From the NCBI GenBank assembly GCA_963205275.1, contig CAUJIH010000068.1, positions 3,466 through 67,465 of the forward strand: a stretch of DNA of 64,000 bases. The letters are read 5' to 3'. How positions within the stretch are numbered: the stretch's first letter is position 1; every line of letters begins with the position of its first letter. The notes under the pieces were generated by a model. It searched no databases and was not told the DNA's origin. It was given only the letters and a program-made list of their open reading frames with translations. The DNA comes from Verrucomicrobiota bacterium (GTDB taxonomy: Bacteria > Verrucomicrobiota > Verrucomicrobiia > Verrucomicrobiales > DEV007). Below are positions 34,487 to 45,950 of the stretch, piece by piece. The position numbers and the translations under genes were made by a program.

Positions 34487-37400
34487 TCAGGAGCGAGCGT
34501 GATACTCCTGAAGGCTTCTCACACTGATCTCGCTCCCCTGCAGCGAGCGAATCGCTCGGAGTGCTGCGTCAGCGCCCCGGAGTGTCGTCATGATCGGGAC
34601 ATGATACTGCATCGTAGCCGCCCGGATTTTCATCTCATCTGCTCTAGTTCCTCGACCACTCGGTGTGTTGATCACCAAAACGATCTCCTGACTCTTCATC
34701 AAGTCGACGATGTTAGGTCGTTGACCTGTGGCCAGCTTGGGAAGCAGATTGACGGGAATCCCCGCCTCCTTCAAGACAGCGCCCGTTCCCGATGTAGCAT
34801 AGAGAACAAATCCGAGTTCTGAATATCCGCGTGCAATCGGCACGACACTCGACTTATCGGCATCTTTCACGCTGATAAACACGTTCCCTTGAGTCGGCAG
34901 ACTGCCGCCAACGGCCATTTGACTCTTAGCGAAGGCGAGTCCCAGATCGGGATCAATCCCCATCACCTCCCCCGTGCTTCTCATTTCCGGACCTAGAATG
35001 ATATCAACGCCGGGGAATTTACTGAAGGGAAACACTGCTTCCTTTACACTGTAATGCTTCGGGACAATTTCTTCGGTAAATCCGAGTTCCTTCAAGGTCT
35101 GGCCGACCATGATCTTAGCAGCCAACTTAGGTAGCGGTACCCCAATCGCCTTACTGACGAAGGGAGCCGTACGAGAAGCACGCGGATTGACCTCGATAAT
35201 GTAGAGATTATCCCCCTTGACCGCTAGCTGCATGTTCATGAGTCCCCTGACCTCTAGGGCAGCGGCGAGTTTCTTCGCAGCGTCGCGGATGCGATCGAGC
35301 ATCGACGGACTCAGACTGAAGGCGGGAATTACACAGGCACTGTCACCGGAGTGAATCCCCGCTTCCTCGATGTGCTCCATGATCGCTCCGATCACGGTAG
35401 TCTCACCATCACTAATGCAATCCACATCCACTTCCGTAGCGTCCTCTAGGAAGTGATCCACTAGTATAGGGCGGTCCGGCGAGGCCTCGACAGCGTAGTG
35501 CATGTAGTGAACCAGCTCCTCATCACTGTAAACAATCTGCATCGCACGCCCTCCCAAAACGAAACTGGGGCGAACGAGGCTCGGGTAGCCGATTCGTCTC
35601 GTGATCTCCAGTGCCTCCTCCAGAGAAGTCGCTGTACCGCTGGGAGCTTGATTTAGTCCGAGATCATCGAGCAGCTTCACGAAAAGCTTTCGGTCCTCCG
35701 CCAATTCGATGCTTCTCGGAGATGTCCCGATGATGCGGACGCCATTTTCTTCAAGTCCTTTTGCCAAATTTAGCGGAGTCTGACCGCCGAACTGGACGAT
35801 CACTCCCGCGACCTGACCATCGACATTTTCCTTATGATAAATGTTGAGCACGTCCTCTAGCGTGAGCGGCTCAAAGTAGAGTCGGTCACTAGTGTCGTAG
35901 TCGGTCGAAACCGTCTCGGGATTCGAGTTGACCATCACCGTCTCGTATCCCATTTCACGCAACGCAAAACTGGCATGTACGCAACAGTAATCGAACTCGA
36001 TCCCCTGCCCGATCCGATTCGGTCCACCACCGAGGATAATGACTTTTCTCTTCACGCTGCTACGCGTCTCATCCTCGATCCCATAGGTGCTGTAGTAATA
36101 CGGAGTACGAGCTTCGAACTCTGCCGAACAGGTATCAACCAGTCGATAGGTCGGCACGACTCCTGAGCTCTCGCGAGCTGCACGCACATCCGACTCCAGC
36201 GCCCCGCTGCTGGCCGAAATCTGCCGATCTGAAAACCCCAGTCTCTTGAGATGCCTAAGATCAGCAGCTGAGCGAGCGCTCTCAGGGGCTGCTTTCAGAT
36301 CCTTCTGAGCCTCGACGATCTCCTGCACCTGACCGAGAAACCAAGGATCGATCCTTGTCAGCGAGAAAATCTTTTCCATACTCCACCCAATGGAGAAGGC
36401 GCATGCCAGCCAGAACACGCGCTCCGCATTCGGTACTGCAAGACGAGTCGTGAGATCGGCCTCGCTAATTTCCTGATCGAAGCCATCGCCGAGAATGCCA
36501 AATCTCCGAATTTCAAGACCGCGCAGTGCTTTCTGGAGACTCTCCTTAAAAGTTCGTCCGATGGCCATGACCTCACCCACCGACTTCATCTGAGTGGTCA
36601 GAGTCGCATCTGCTCCCACGAACTTTTCGAAAGCGAAGCGCGGAACCTTTGTCACGACGTAATCCACCGTCGGTTCAAAGGAGGCAGGAGTCGTGAGTGT
36701 GATGTCATTTTTTAGTTCGTCAAGGGTGTAGCCGACCGCCAACTTTGCCGTGACTTTGGCAATGGGAAATCCTGTCGCCTTCGAGGCAAGAGCGGAACTC
36801 CGACTCACGCGAGGATTCATCTCGATCACCACCATCCGTCCGGTTTCGGGATCGACGGCGAACTGGATATTCGCACCCCCGGTTTTGACCCCTACCTCGC
36901 GAACGATAGCGAAGGAAGCATCTCGCATAATCTGGTATTCCCGATCAGTCAGAGTCTGTGCAGGAGCGACCGTGATGGAATCACCCGTATGAACTCCCAT
37001 CGGATCAAAGTTCTCAATGGAACAGATGATGATGCAATTATCGGCCCGATCTCGGATTACCTCGATCTCCAGTTCCTTCCAACCGAGGAGCGATTCCTCG
37101 ATCAGCACTTCTCCGACGGGAGACATATCCAGTCCGCGAGTGACGATTTGGTCAAATTCCTCACGATTGTATGCGATCCCACCTCCCGAACCACCTAATG
37201 TGTATGCAGGACGAATGATCAGCGGAAATGACCCAATCTCCTCCTGAACTCCGTAGGCCTCTTCTAAGGAATGAGCCACTCCCGAGCGTGCAGAATCCAG
37301 TCCGATCGCTGTCATCGCATTTTTGAACGCGAGCCTATCCTCTCCCTTTTCGATCGCTGCAGGATCAGCTCCGATCACTCTCACGCCGAGCCTGTCCAAA

Positions 37401-37774
37401 CTTCCACGACGATGGAGTTCCATCGCTAGGTTAAGCCCAGTCTGACCACCCAGTGTCGCCAGTAGTGCATCGGGCTTCTCCTTTTCAATAATTCTCTCTA
37501 CTATCTCCGGCGTCAGCGGCTCGATATAGGTACAATCCGCGAACTCGGGATCCGTCATGATCGTCGCGGGATTCGAGTTGACCAAAACGACCTCGTATCC
37601 CTCCTCCTTCAACGCCTTGCATGCCTGCACTCCGGAATAATCAAACTCGCAACCCTGCCCGATCACGATAGGACCAGAGCCGATTAAAAGAATTTTTCTG
37701 ATGGAAGCGTCACGTGGCATAGAGGGAGTGGATTTAAATTTATCACCACTTGCACGGGCTGATTCTTGAAGCAA
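34487..37774 (-). CDS. carB: carbamoyl-phosphate synthase large subunit
   Basis: 1095 aa, duplicated ATP-grasp halves ([21 protein letters not shown]... / [21 protein letters not shown]...) and a C-terminal MGS-like domain. Confidence 0.97.
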   Translation of the reverse strand: MLQESARASGDKFKSTPSMPRDASIRKILLIGSGPIVIGQGCEFDYSGVQACKALKEEGYEVVLVNSNPATIMTDPEFADCTYIEPLTPEIVERIIEKEKPDALLATLGGQTGLNLAMELHRRGSLDRLGVRVIGADPAAIEKGEDRLAFKNAMTAIGLDSARSGVAHSLEEAYGVQEEIGSFPLIIRPAYTLGGSGGGIAYNREEFDQIVTRGLDMSPVGEVLIEESLLGWKELEIEVIRDRADNCIIICSIENFDPMGVHTGDSITVAPAQTLTDREYQIMRDASFAIVREVGVKTGGANIQFAVDPETGRMVVIEMNPRVSRSSALASKATGFPIAKVTAKLAVGYTLDELKNDITLTTPASFEPTVDYVVTKVPRFAFEKFVGADATLTTQMKSVGEVMAIGRTFKESLQKALRGLEIRRFGILGDGFDQEISEADLTTRLAVPNAERVFWLACAFSIGWSMEKIFSLTRIDPWFLGQVQEIVEAQKDLKAAPESARSAADLRHLKRLGFSDRQISASSGALESDVRAARESSGVVPTYRLVDTCSAEFEARTPYYYSTYGIEDETRSSVKRKVIILGGGPNRIGQGIEFDYCCVHASFALREMGYETVMVNSNPETVSTDYDTSDRLYFEPLTLEDVLNIYHKENVDGQVAGVIVQFGGQTPLNLAKGLEENGVRIIGTSPRSIELAEDRKLFVKLLDDLGLNQAPSGTATSLEEALEITRRIGYPSLVRPSFVLGGRAMQIVYSDEELVHYMHYAVEASPDRPILVDHFLEDATEVDVDCISDGETTVIGAIMEHIEEAGIHSGDSACVIPAFSLSPSMLDRIRDAAKKLAAALEVRGLMNMQLAVKGDNLYIIEVNPRASRTAPFVSKAIGVPLPKLAAKIMVGQTLKELGFTEEIVPKHYSVKEAVFPFSKFPGVDIILGPEMRSTGEVMGIDPDLGLAFAKSQMAVGGSLPTQGNVFISVKDADKSSVVPIARGYSELGFVLYATSGTGAVLKEAGIPVNLLPKLATGQRPNIVDLMKSQEIVLVINTPSGRGTRADEMKIRAATMQYHVPIMTTLRGADAALRAIRSLQGSEISVRSLQEYHARS

Positions 37775-37919
37775 ACGAGAATCAAAGCCTTTTTTCCTTC
37801 CCCTTTGAATTCATCCGAGTGTCAGGTGTCCGGCATCGGCCCTTAATCCATCTGTTGGATTCTACAAAGTCTACTTTTCCTACCTGCTACATTACGTAAA
37901 TCGGCAAGATGACAGACTC

Positions 37920-40700
37920 ATGCTCTTTCGTCTAGCTTCTTACTGGCTGCTCAGAATCTCTGGAAGCGTCGATCTCACTGACTTTACGAACTTGATCCAC
38001 TCGATGTACTCCTACGACCGATTTTATTGGGGAATTCTTATCGTTGCTCTTGCGTCACAGTTTCCCTGTCAGAGTGCCGACGATATACCGGCCAAGCCCC
38101 TTTCACTGCCCGCCTCGCTGTTTTCTGTCGCAGATGGGCTTGAAGTCTCTGTGTGGGCGCGGACCCCGCTACTTCACAATCCAACGAATATCGATACGGA
38201 CAAGGACGGTCGAATTTGGGTGACGGAAGGGGTGGACTATGGAAAAAGATACTATAATCGACAGCCTGAAGGTGATAAAATCGTCGTTCTGGAGGATACC
38301 GATGATGACGGGCTGGCCGATCATTCCTCTGTCTTTGTCCAGGACCCCGCTCTGCGTGCTCCACTGGGACTGGCAGTGATCGACAATCAGATCGTGGTTT
38401 CGATGGCTCCGGATCTGATCGTTTATACCGACGTGGACCGAGATCGAAAATTCGATCCAGCGAAGGATACGCGAGAAGTTCTTCTCACTGGTTTTATCGG
38501 GCACGGACACGACCATGCTCTCCATGCTCTTACGGTGGGGCCGGATGGACTCTGGTATTGGAATGCAGGGAATTGCGGTGGAATATTTACGGACAAATCG
38601 AACCGCACTTTTCGCATCGGTAGTCCCAATGACGTCCGCTGGGGGATGACCTTCCCCATCGATCCGCGTGATATTTCCGGGCAACGAAGCGACGACGGGA
38701 GGGCGTATATCGCTGGCTTTATTGCCCGAATGAAGCCGGACGGCTCACAGGTGGAAATCGTGGCCCATAATTTCCGAAACAGCTACGAGCAGACGATTAA
38801 TTCATTCGGAGACATTTTCCAGAATGACAACGATGAACCACCGGCCTGTCGGACGAGTTATGTCATGACGTACGGAAGCGCTGGCTATTCTTCGCTGGAT
38901 GGGCAGCGGACTTGGAAAGCAGATCGGCGCCCCGGACAGTCTGTACCGGTGGCGGAATGGAGGCAGGAAGATCCCGGTCAAATGCCCGCCGGAGATGTGT
39001 ATGGTGGAGGATCACCGACCGGCATCGCATTTTATGAAAACGGGGCGCTCGGCGATCACTACCAAGGCCTGTTGCTGAGTTGCGAAGCGGGTAGGAACGA
39101 GGTGTTCGGCTACTTTCCTAAGGCGGAGGGTGCTGGATTCGAGCTCAAAAGATTTCCCGTTCTAGCGACCCATTCGGATCTCGTCACCAACAGTTCAGAT
39201 TTTGGCGACAAGCGTGATGTCGTAGAAGATAAGTTCCACTTCCGCCCCTCCGATGTGGTGGTAGGAGCGGACGGGGCCATCTACGTTAGTGACTGGTTTG
39301 ATCCCGTGATCGGAGGTGGGCACAAATACTATGACGAATCCGCCGCTGGCACCATCTACCGCATCGCACCAAAGGGCTTTCGTTCGGAAATCCCCAAAAT
39401 CGACTACAGCAGTTTGGATGGACAGATCGCCGCATTGCGCAGTCCTGCCAATCACGTACGCGCTGTCGCCGCAGCTCATCTGAGGAACCGCGGAGAGGAG
39501 GCCGTCGAAGCTGTGACCTCCTTGCTCAATGCTCGGTCTGATTTTATCCGGGCGAGGGCGATCTGGGTGTTGGCGGATCTTGGAGAAAAAGGTCGCGCTC
39601 AGGTGGAAACGCTTCTCACCGATCCTAACCCACAGATTCGCATCACGATTTTCCGTGCTTTGCAGCGCGATCCGAAATCCCTTTTGCGACTCGCGGAGAA
39701 GCTCTCACACGATCCGTCGCCACTTGTCCGAAGGGAAGTCGCCATCCTGATGCGAGACATCCCCGCAGAAACAGCAGAGAAGATTCTCGTAGCCATTGCG
39801 CAACAATGTGATGCAGATGACCGAAGCATGATCGAGGCTATCGGCACAGGGAGCACGGATAAAGAAGAGCCTGTTTTCGAGGCGATCGCTAAAGCAATGG
39901 GGAACACCGATCCTCTGTCCTGGTCGCCCGCCTTTGCTCGCATCGCCTGGAGATTGCATCCTCCTAGCATCGCTGTCGCGATGAAAAAGCGAGCGGAAGC
40001 TTCCTCGCTGGCTCAATCGGATCGCATCGCCGCCCTAGTTGCTCTCGGCTACATCCCGACCAGCGAAGCGGCGAACGCGATGGCCGATCTGGCCACCAAA
40101 CTCGATGGTCCGCTGCATGAGCAAGCGCTGTGGTGGCTCCTTAATCGCAAGGATAGCCTATGGAAGGACACTGGACTCGCAGAGCGACTCAAGCGCGATG
40201 GTATTTACGATCCAGATCAACTGAAAATCACGGCCATTCCCCTCCCGCCTGTCCCCAAGAAAAGCCAACTTCCATCCATAGAAAAGATTCTCTCTCTGAA
40301 AGGTGATGCGCAGCGCGGACAGCAGACGGCGGCGATCTGCCTCATGTGTCATCATATCGGAGATCAAGGCGTGGACTACGGCCCCGATATCACCGCCTAT
40401 GGTCGGATGCAACCCGCAGAAGCCATCGTGCGGGCAGTTGTCGATCCCACGGCAGATATCGCCCACGGCTATGAGGGGCAAACGGTGGTGACGAATGATG
40501 GAAAAGTCATCGACGGAATGCTTCTTTCTCAGGGCGACCCGATAATTATTCGCTCCCAAGGCGGGATCACCCAGATGATTCCGAAGACTGCGATTCAATC
40601 GGACCAACCACTCAGACGTTCTCTGATGCTCTCAGCCGATCAGATGGGACTCGGTGCGCAACAGATCGCAGACATTGTCGCGTATCTGAAGTCTCTGTGA
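37920..40700 (+). CDS. PVC-type heme-binding CxxCH protein (membrane-bound dehydrogenase-like beta-propeller + HEAT repeats + C-terminal cytochrome c domain)
   Basis: NPTNIDTDKDGRIWVTEG... propeller-like N-terminal half. HEAT-like repeats (VRAVAAAHL, IRARAIWVLADLG, PLVRREVAILM). C-terminal CLMCHHIGDQG...IAHGYEG. The likely true start is ATG 38004 (MYSYDRFYWGILIVALAS signal). Confidence 0.8.
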   Translation: MLFRLASYWLLRISGSVDLTDFTNLIHSMYSYDRFYWGILIVALASQFPCQSADDIPAKPLSLPASLFSVADGLEVSVWARTPLLHNPTNIDTDKDGRIWVTEGVDYGKRYYNRQPEGDKIVVLEDTDDDGLADHSSVFVQDPALRAPLGLAVIDNQIVVSMAPDLIVYTDVDRDRKFDPAKDTREVLLTGFIGHGHDHALHALTVGPDGLWYWNAGNCGGIFTDKSNRTFRIGSPNDVRWGMTFPIDPRDISGQRSDDGRAYIAGFIARMKPDGSQVEIVAHNFRNSYEQTINSFGDIFQNDNDEPPACRTSYVMTYGSAGYSSLDGQRTWKADRRPGQSVPVAEWRQEDPGQMPAGDVYGGGSPTGIAFYENGALGDHYQGLLLSCEAGRNEVFGYFPKAEGAGFELKRFPVLATHSDLVTNSSDFGDKRDVVEDKFHFRPSDVVVGADGAIYVSDWFDPVIGGGHKYYDESAAGTIYRIAPKGFRSEIPKIDYSSLDGQIAALRSPANHVRAVAAAHLRNRGEEAVEAVTSLLNARSDFIRARAIWVLADLGEKGRAQVETLLTDPNPQIRITIFRALQRDPKSLLRLAEKLSHDPSPLVRREVAILMRDIPAETAEKILVAIAQQCDADDRSMIEAIGTGSTDKEEPVFEAIAKAMGNTDPLSWSPAFARIAWRLHPPSIAVAMKKRAEASSLAQSDRIAALVALGYIPTSEAANAMADLATKLDGPLHEQALWWLLNRKDSLWKDTGLAERLKRDGIYDPDQLKITAIPLPPVPKKSQLPSIEKILSLKGDAQRGQQTAAICLMCHHIGDQGVDYGPDITAYGRMQPAEAIVRAVVDPTADIAHGYEGQTVVTNDGKVIDGMLLSQGDPIIIRSQGGITQMIPKTAIQSDQPLRRSLMLSADQMGLGAQQIADIVAYLKSL

Positions 40701-40817
40701 ATCGACACGACTCACAGGATCCGTCCGAATTTGTTCTCGTGTGTTCACTTCGCCCTTGCGTGAGAGCGGGTCTTCCCTACCGTACGCGCCTCATTTGCTT
40801 TCACGCTATCTATTATT

Positions 40818-42419
40818 ATGAGTCAACCTCGCATTCTCGTCTGTGACCCTATTTCTGAAAAAGGCTTGGAGTTTCTTCGATCCTCCGGACTCTCCGTGGA
40901 CGTGAAACTCGGTCTCAGCGAGGACCAACTGGTCGAGAACGCCCCGAATTATCAGGCCATGATTGTACGGTCTGGGGTCAAAATCACCGCTCGGGTAATC
41001 GAGGCCGGAACTGGCGTTCTCTCCGCCATCGGACGAGCTGGTGTCGGCGTGGACAATATCGACATCCCGTCGGCTACGAAGCACGGCGTGGTAGTGATGA
41101 ACACGCCCGGCGGCAATACGATTTCCACGGCGGAACACGCCTTCACTCTCATGGTCTCGATGGCCCGCCACATTCCTCAGGCGCACCAGTCGGTGGTCGA
41201 AGGTCGCTTCAAGGAAGGCCGAAAGGCCTATTCCGGGGTCGAACTCTACAAAAAGACCCTCGCCATCATCGGCATGGGGCGCATCGGAGGCGAACTCGCC
41301 AAGCGAGCGATGGGCTTCGGAATGCGCGTAGTCGCCTACGACCCCTATCTGACCGCTGCCAAGGCACAGGCCCTGCGCGTCGAACTTTGCGAAACCGTAG
41401 ATCTGGCCGTTGAACAAGCGGATTTCATCACCCTGCACGTTCCCAAGACTCCCGAGACGACTCACATCATCAATGCCGAACGTATCGCTCGCATGAAGGA
41501 TGGCGTGCGCATCATCAACTGTGCTCGCGGTGGGTTAATCGACGAAGTCGCCTTGCTGGAAGGAATCAAGTCTGGCAAAATCGCAGGAGCCGCGATGGAC
41601 GTCTTCGAAAACGAGCCGCCGTCTGCCGATTACGAGTTGCTGTCACGTCCTGAGATGGTCTTCACTCCGCACCTCGGTGCCTCCACGGAAGAGGCCCAAG
41701 AAAATGTCGGAATCGAAGTTGCCTATCAAATCGCGGGACGCCTCCTACGCGGTGAGGTAGTGAACGCGGTGAACATGCCGAATCTTGACGAGAAAACTCT
41801 GAAGACCGTCGGCCCCTATCTGGAACTGGCTGAGCTGCTCGGAAAATTCGTCGGCCAGCTCGGCCCGAATCCGCCAGAGTCCTTCCGTATCGACTACGTA
41901 GGCAAGGTTGCGGAGATGGACACCACCTTAATCTCCCGTGCCGCACTCAAAGGCTTCCTCGAAGTTGGTGCGACGCCCGGCTCAGCGAATTATCTAAATG
42001 CTCCCTCCCTCGCAGAGGCTCGCGGATTGCGCATTACGGAGAGTCGTCCGTCCGAAGACAGCGAATTCACCGATCTCATCCGCGTTATCGCTGGCAACGA
42101 GAGCGCTAAGTTCGTCGTAGCGGGCACCTTTTTCGGTAATCAGCCGCGTCTCGTCCGCATCGACGAGTACACGCTCGATGCATCACCTTTCGGAGATCTG
42201 TTGATTTTCAAAAACACCGATTCCCCTGGCGTCGTCGGTGCGATTGGTCGCATCCTCGGGGAAGCGAATGTAAACATCGCCAACATGTCTCTCGCTCGCT
42301 ACCACGGTGGGGGAAAGGCCCTCAGTGTCCTGAACATCGACTCTGCGATCGATCCGAATACTCTCGACAAAATCCGGGCGATTCCAGGGATCAAATCAGC
42401 CATTACCGTGCGAATGTGA
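40818..42419 (+). CDS. serA: D-3-phosphoglycerate dehydrogenase (long form with ASB and ACT domains)
   Basis: GIIGMGRIGGELAKRA NAD-binding motif, the catalytic RGG...D / HLGAST pattern, and a C-terminal ACT-like segment. Confidence 0.95.
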   Translation: MSQPRILVCDPISEKGLEFLRSSGLSVDVKLGLSEDQLVENAPNYQAMIVRSGVKITARVIEAGTGVLSAIGRAGVGVDNIDIPSATKHGVVVMNTPGGNTISTAEHAFTLMVSMARHIPQAHQSVVEGRFKEGRKAYSGVELYKKTLAIIGMGRIGGELAKRAMGFGMRVVAYDPYLTAAKAQALRVELCETVDLAVEQADFITLHVPKTPETTHIINAERIARMKDGVRIINCARGGLIDEVALLEGIKSGKIAGAAMDVFENEPPSADYELLSRPEMVFTPHLGASTEEAQENVGIEVAYQIAGRLLRGEVVNAVNMPNLDEKTLKTVGPYLELAELLGKFVGQLGPNPPESFRIDYVGKVAEMDTTLISRAALKGFLEVGATPGSANYLNAPSLAEARGLRITESRPSEDSEFTDLIRVIAGNESAKFVVAGTFFGNQPRLVRIDEYTLDASPFGDLLIFKNTDSPGVVGAIGRILGEANVNIANMSLARYHGGGKALSVLNIDSAIDPNTLDKIRAIPGIKSAITVRM

Positions 42420-42496
42420 TCCAAACTGATCTCGGAGATTCTTATTCCGCTCGCAAGATCGAATTGCGAAGGTGAAGTGCATCCGATACACTCCGC

Positions 42497-43495
42497 ATGA
42501 TGTATCGATCCACACTTCTACTGCTCCTCTTCTCTCTGAGCGTGATCCCCTGCGCCCCAATGAGTGCAGATGAGGCATCCAGATCAGACAAGATCACAAC
42601 ATCACCCACGACCAACGAGCCGAAAGATCCCTTTCCCGATCTCAAGGCAGTGGAGACAGCACCCTCGTATGCTCGAGAGGTAGATCGTACACGCGGCAGC
42701 TTTACGATCACTGCGAAGGACGGTGCCTACCTAGAAGGAAGTCATTTTTCCAGTTGGAACTGGACCATGAGTCCTAAGCGATGGGGAAATTATTACGCTG
42801 GCCTAGTCTATGATTCCACACGAGCGAAACTGGGCATTCAACTCCGTATTGGGAGCGAGGCTACGCTGAAAGGCTACGCTCCTCGGACGAATCCAATCAA
42901 AGAGCAGCATCCCATGGTTCTTGGTCTGGTCTACCTGCCGAAGACAGGTGAGTATCCCGTAGCTCTGCTGGCCGGTGATCGTTCCAATGTTCCCGACTTT
43001 CGAGTGAAGGCAGTCCATTTCCAACCGGCTCCTGAATCAGAAGTGCTGGGACAATCCATCGACGGGACCATCGAGTTGACGGCGAAGAGTGCTACGACAT
43101 ACTCTGAGTCGATGCGCTACGAGCCGAAGCCAGAAAAAAACTGTCTTGGATTCTGGAAAGAACAAGAAGACTGGGCCGAATGGGTCTTCGATGTGAGTCA
43201 GCCCGGCCAGTTCGAGGTGCTGCTGGAATACGGCTGTGGAAGCGGGAAAGCCGACAGCCGTGCCGCCGTGCTCATCAATGATCAGACTCTCGAATTCACC
43301 ATCGCCGATACTGGAGGGTATCAAAGCTGGCGCGAGATTAGTGTCGGCACGGTCCATCTGAAAACGAAAGGAGAGAACCATCTGGCGATCCTCCCCTTGA
43401 AATTGACGGGAGCGGCGTTGATGGATGTGAGAAAAGTTCTGCTTCGACCTGTGCCAGCGGTAGAGGAGAAAAATGCTGGGGCTGCGAACCAATGA
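42497..43495 (+). CDS. secreted hypothetical protein, C-terminal carbohydrate-binding-module-like beta-sandwich (tentative)
   Basis: Signal peptide MMYRSTLLLLLFSLSVIPCAP. The C-terminal WAEWVFDVSQPGQFEVLLEYGCG...GGYQSWREISVGTVHLKTKGENHLAI resembles CBM6/35-type modules. Assigned by pattern only. Confidence 0.4.
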   Translation: MMYRSTLLLLLFSLSVIPCAPMSADEASRSDKITTSPTTNEPKDPFPDLKAVETAPSYAREVDRTRGSFTITAKDGAYLEGSHFSSWNWTMSPKRWGNYYAGLVYDSTRAKLGIQLRIGSEATLKGYAPRTNPIKEQHPMVLGLVYLPKTGEYPVALLAGDRSNVPDFRVKAVHFQPAPESEVLGQSIDGTIELTAKSATTYSESMRYEPKPEKNCLGFWKEQEDWAEWVFDVSQPGQFEVLLEYGCGSGKADSRAAVLINDQTLEFTIADTGGYQSWREISVGTVHLKTKGENHLAILPLKLTGAALMDVRKVLLRPVPAVEEKNAGAANQ

Positions 43496-44007
43496 CCGAT
43501 TACTCCCCTCTCTTCCTCTCTGCCTGTACCGCCTTCGAAGAAGCGGAATGGGATTATGAAGTAGTTCCTGAACAAGAAGTGATTCTGGCAGGATTCGAAG
43601 CCTATCACACCCGAGTGCAATTGCATGTGCAAGTCTTCGTGGAGCTGGGAGCTGTGTCCGTGGTCTCAGAGTCCTTTCGGACCAGCCCCAATTTGGCCTA
43701 TCGCACCCGAATCGCCGAGCTGGCGATGAGAATCAATCAAACCCTGACCATAGGGAACTTCGAGATGGAATGGGACAAAGGACGCTTGGTATATCGAGTG
43801 ACTAATCTTTTTCCCACGCCAGAAGGCGATCCCGGAATCATGCGTTTCCTCATTCACAACACGATAGGAGAAATGGATCGCATTACGCCACTGGAAGCGA
43901 TCATTCTCGATACGGAGATTCAGAAACTGCCGGGACTTGATTTGGAGGAGCTGATTCGTCGAGATGATCTGCTCCCTGAGATTCCCGCCTCAGAAACTAG
44001 CTCATGA
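43492..44007 (+). CDS. YbjN-like (secretion-chaperone-fold) cytoplasmic protein (tentative)
   Basis: 171 aa, acidic. FEEAEWDYEVVPEQEVILAGFEAYHTRVQLHVQV... resembles the YbjN family. It has 4-bp ATGA overlaps with both neighbours. Confidence 0.35.
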   Translation: MTDYSPLFLSACTAFEEAEWDYEVVPEQEVILAGFEAYHTRVQLHVQVFVELGAVSVVSESFRTSPNLAYRTRIAELAMRINQTLTIGNFEMEWDKGRLVYRVTNLFPTPEGDPGIMRFLIHNTIGEMDRITPLEAIILDTEIQKLPGLDLEELIRRDDLLPEIPASETSS

Positions 44008-44711
44008 ACTCCGACGAGCCATGGGATACTACCCTGGTCTTTGTCCTGAAAGACGGCCGCCAACTCGGACCTTTCACGATCTCTGATCTTCTCGACGGAT
44101 TGGAAACTGGCGAATTTTCTCCCACTGATATCTGCCTCCGCGAAGGAGCGGCGGAATGCGAACGCCTGCGCGATATTCTCGACTGGGACGAGGAGCCGGA
44201 AAGTGAGGAAGAGGACGAAGCAGAGTCGTCTCCACTACGTGACCCCCAGGAATCCATCCCGGAACCCTCACTGAAGAAACCACGCGAGCGCCTCATTTAC
44301 AAAGGACACCCTTCGATTCTCACCTTTCCCCTATCTGTTCTCGTTCTCCTGATCGGTGCCATCGGCGGCGTATGGAGCTATCAGATTGATTTCAAGCTGA
44401 CCATGCTGGGCTACAGCCTCGCTTTGGCAGCGTTAATCCGCATTACTTGGATTCGCTATAGTCACGACTATCGGATCCGCACTCGCCGAATTGAACTTGT
44501 CACTGGGTTTCTCGCTCGTAGTTCCAAGGAGCTCCGCATTTCCGATATTCGCTCGATTAATGTTACCTGTCGCGGATTGATCGGCATTCTAGGAGTAGGA
44601 ACCGTCGATTTTCTCACCTCCGGTGACGAGCCGGAGATCACATTCAGGAACATCTGGGCGGCACAACGCGTGAAAACCGCCGTGCGGCGACTTCAGGACG
44701 AAGGAAGCTGA
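44004..44711 (+). CDS. GYF_2-like N-terminal domain + membrane-flanked bacterial PH (bPH_2/DUF304) domain protein
   Basis: N-terminal GRQLGPFTISDLLDGLETGEFSPTDICLREG (GYF_2 pattern), an acidic linker, two TM helices, then YRIRTRRIELVTGFLARSSKELRISDIRSINV...GVGTVDF (bPH_2 pattern). Confidence 0.55.
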   Translation: MNSDEPWDTTLVFVLKDGRQLGPFTISDLLDGLETGEFSPTDICLREGAAECERLRDILDWDEEPESEEEDEAESSPLRDPQESIPEPSLKKPRERLIYKGHPSILTFPLSVLVLLIGAIGGVWSYQIDFKLTMLGYSLALAALIRITWIRYSHDYRIRTRRIELVTGFLARSSKELRISDIRSINVTCRGLIGILGVGTVDFLTSGDEPEITFRNIWAAQRVKTAVRRLQDEGS

Positions 44712-44735
44712 GACCATTCCTTGATTTGCTTCCCA

Positions 44736-45917
44736 TTACACGTCTGCATCGCGCAAAACTCGCAGCGTCTGATCGATCTCTGCATGAGTGTTGTAGAAAT
44801 GTGGACTGAAGCGAATATGCGGAGTCCCGTTTCGGTCGTGTCGAAGGCTGGCGAAAATCCCAGATTTTCGCAGCGTCACGTATGCCTTCTCGACTCGTGC
44901 CGGATTCGCTCGATCCGTACAAGTGGTGATGGATGAGGCCCCAGTTCCTTCATGCGGGCCAATCATCTCGAAGCCTGCTGCCTCCAGTCCCTTGCAAAGT
45001 CCAGACTTCAAATCGAGCAAGCGATGGGAAATCGCATCGATCCCAACTTCTGCTAGGATGCGGATCGAAGCCTCCATCCCGAGCAATGCCGCCGCATTCA
45101 GCACCCCAGGTTCATAGCGTCGCGCTCCCGGTTCGAAGTCGATCTGAGCCTGTGAGATAAAATTCGGGGAGACCACATTCCATGCTCCATAGAGGCAGGG
45201 ACGCAGGATCTCCTGACGCTCCTTTTTTACATATACCACCCCGGCAGCACAGGGTCCGAGCAACCACTTGTGCGAATCCGCGCTGAAGAAGTCCACGTTT
45301 TTCAGCGGAATCGGAAAAGCTCCCGCTGTCTGGATTGCATCGAGCGAAAACAGAATTCCGTGCTCGTGAGCAAGCTCACCGACTGCCGCAATGTCGAGTC
45401 GATATCCGCTGAGAAAATGACAAGACGCTAGCGCGATCAGGCGCGTCTTCGAAGTGATCGCCGCCTGCACCAATTCCGGAGTAATTTCACCCAGCTTCTG
45501 CGGGGAGAGTGGCACCGGGCGCACGCCTCGCGCCTCCAGATGCGTCCATGGATATACGTTCGCCGGATAGTCGTCTGGATAGTAGATGATTTCATCACCT
45601 GACTGCCAATCAAGACCATTCGCGACCAAACTAAGTCCCAAACTCGTGGGGCCGAGCAGGGCATACTCCTCCGCCGAACCACCCAAAAAGTCCGCACTTG
45701 TCTTGCGCACGCGATCCATGCGCGCTAGGAAGACCTCGCCATAATCCAGTTCTCCTGTCGCGCTGTCGATATTGAAAGCGGTCATCGCATCGACCGCCGC
45801 CTGTGGGATGGGTGCAACTCCGGCATGCCCGAGAAAGATCTGCTGGCGACAGGCAGGAAAGACAGCCTGACGAAAGGATTCGTCGTGATCGATACGACGA
45901 AGAAAATCGGAATCCAT
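44736..45917 (-). CDS. class V aminotransferase-fold PLP-dependent enzyme (cysteine desulfurase / epimerase-like)
   Basis: 393 aa. FFSADSHKWLLGPCAAG is the PLP-lysine motif. Overall class V pattern. Confidence 0.85.
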   Translation of the reverse strand: MDSDFLRRIDHDESFRQAVFPACRQQIFLGHAGVAPIPQAAVDAMTAFNIDSATGELDYGEVFLARMDRVRKTSADFLGGSAEEYALLGPTSLGLSLVANGLDWQSGDEIIYYPDDYPANVYPWTHLEARGVRPVPLSPQKLGEITPELVQAAITSKTRLIALASCHFLSGYRLDIAAVGELAHEHGILFSLDAIQTAGAFPIPLKNVDFFSADSHKWLLGPCAAGVVYVKKERQEILRPCLYGAWNVVSPNFISQAQIDFEPGARRYEPGVLNAAALLGMEASIRILAEVGIDAISHRLLDLKSGLCKGLEAAGFEMIGPHEGTGASSITTCTDRANPARVEKAYVTLRKSGIFASLRHDRNGTPHIRFSPHFYNTHAEIDQTLRVLRDADV

Positions 45918-45950
45918 GATATGAGAAGGTAAGGTGAGCGTGATGCGATC

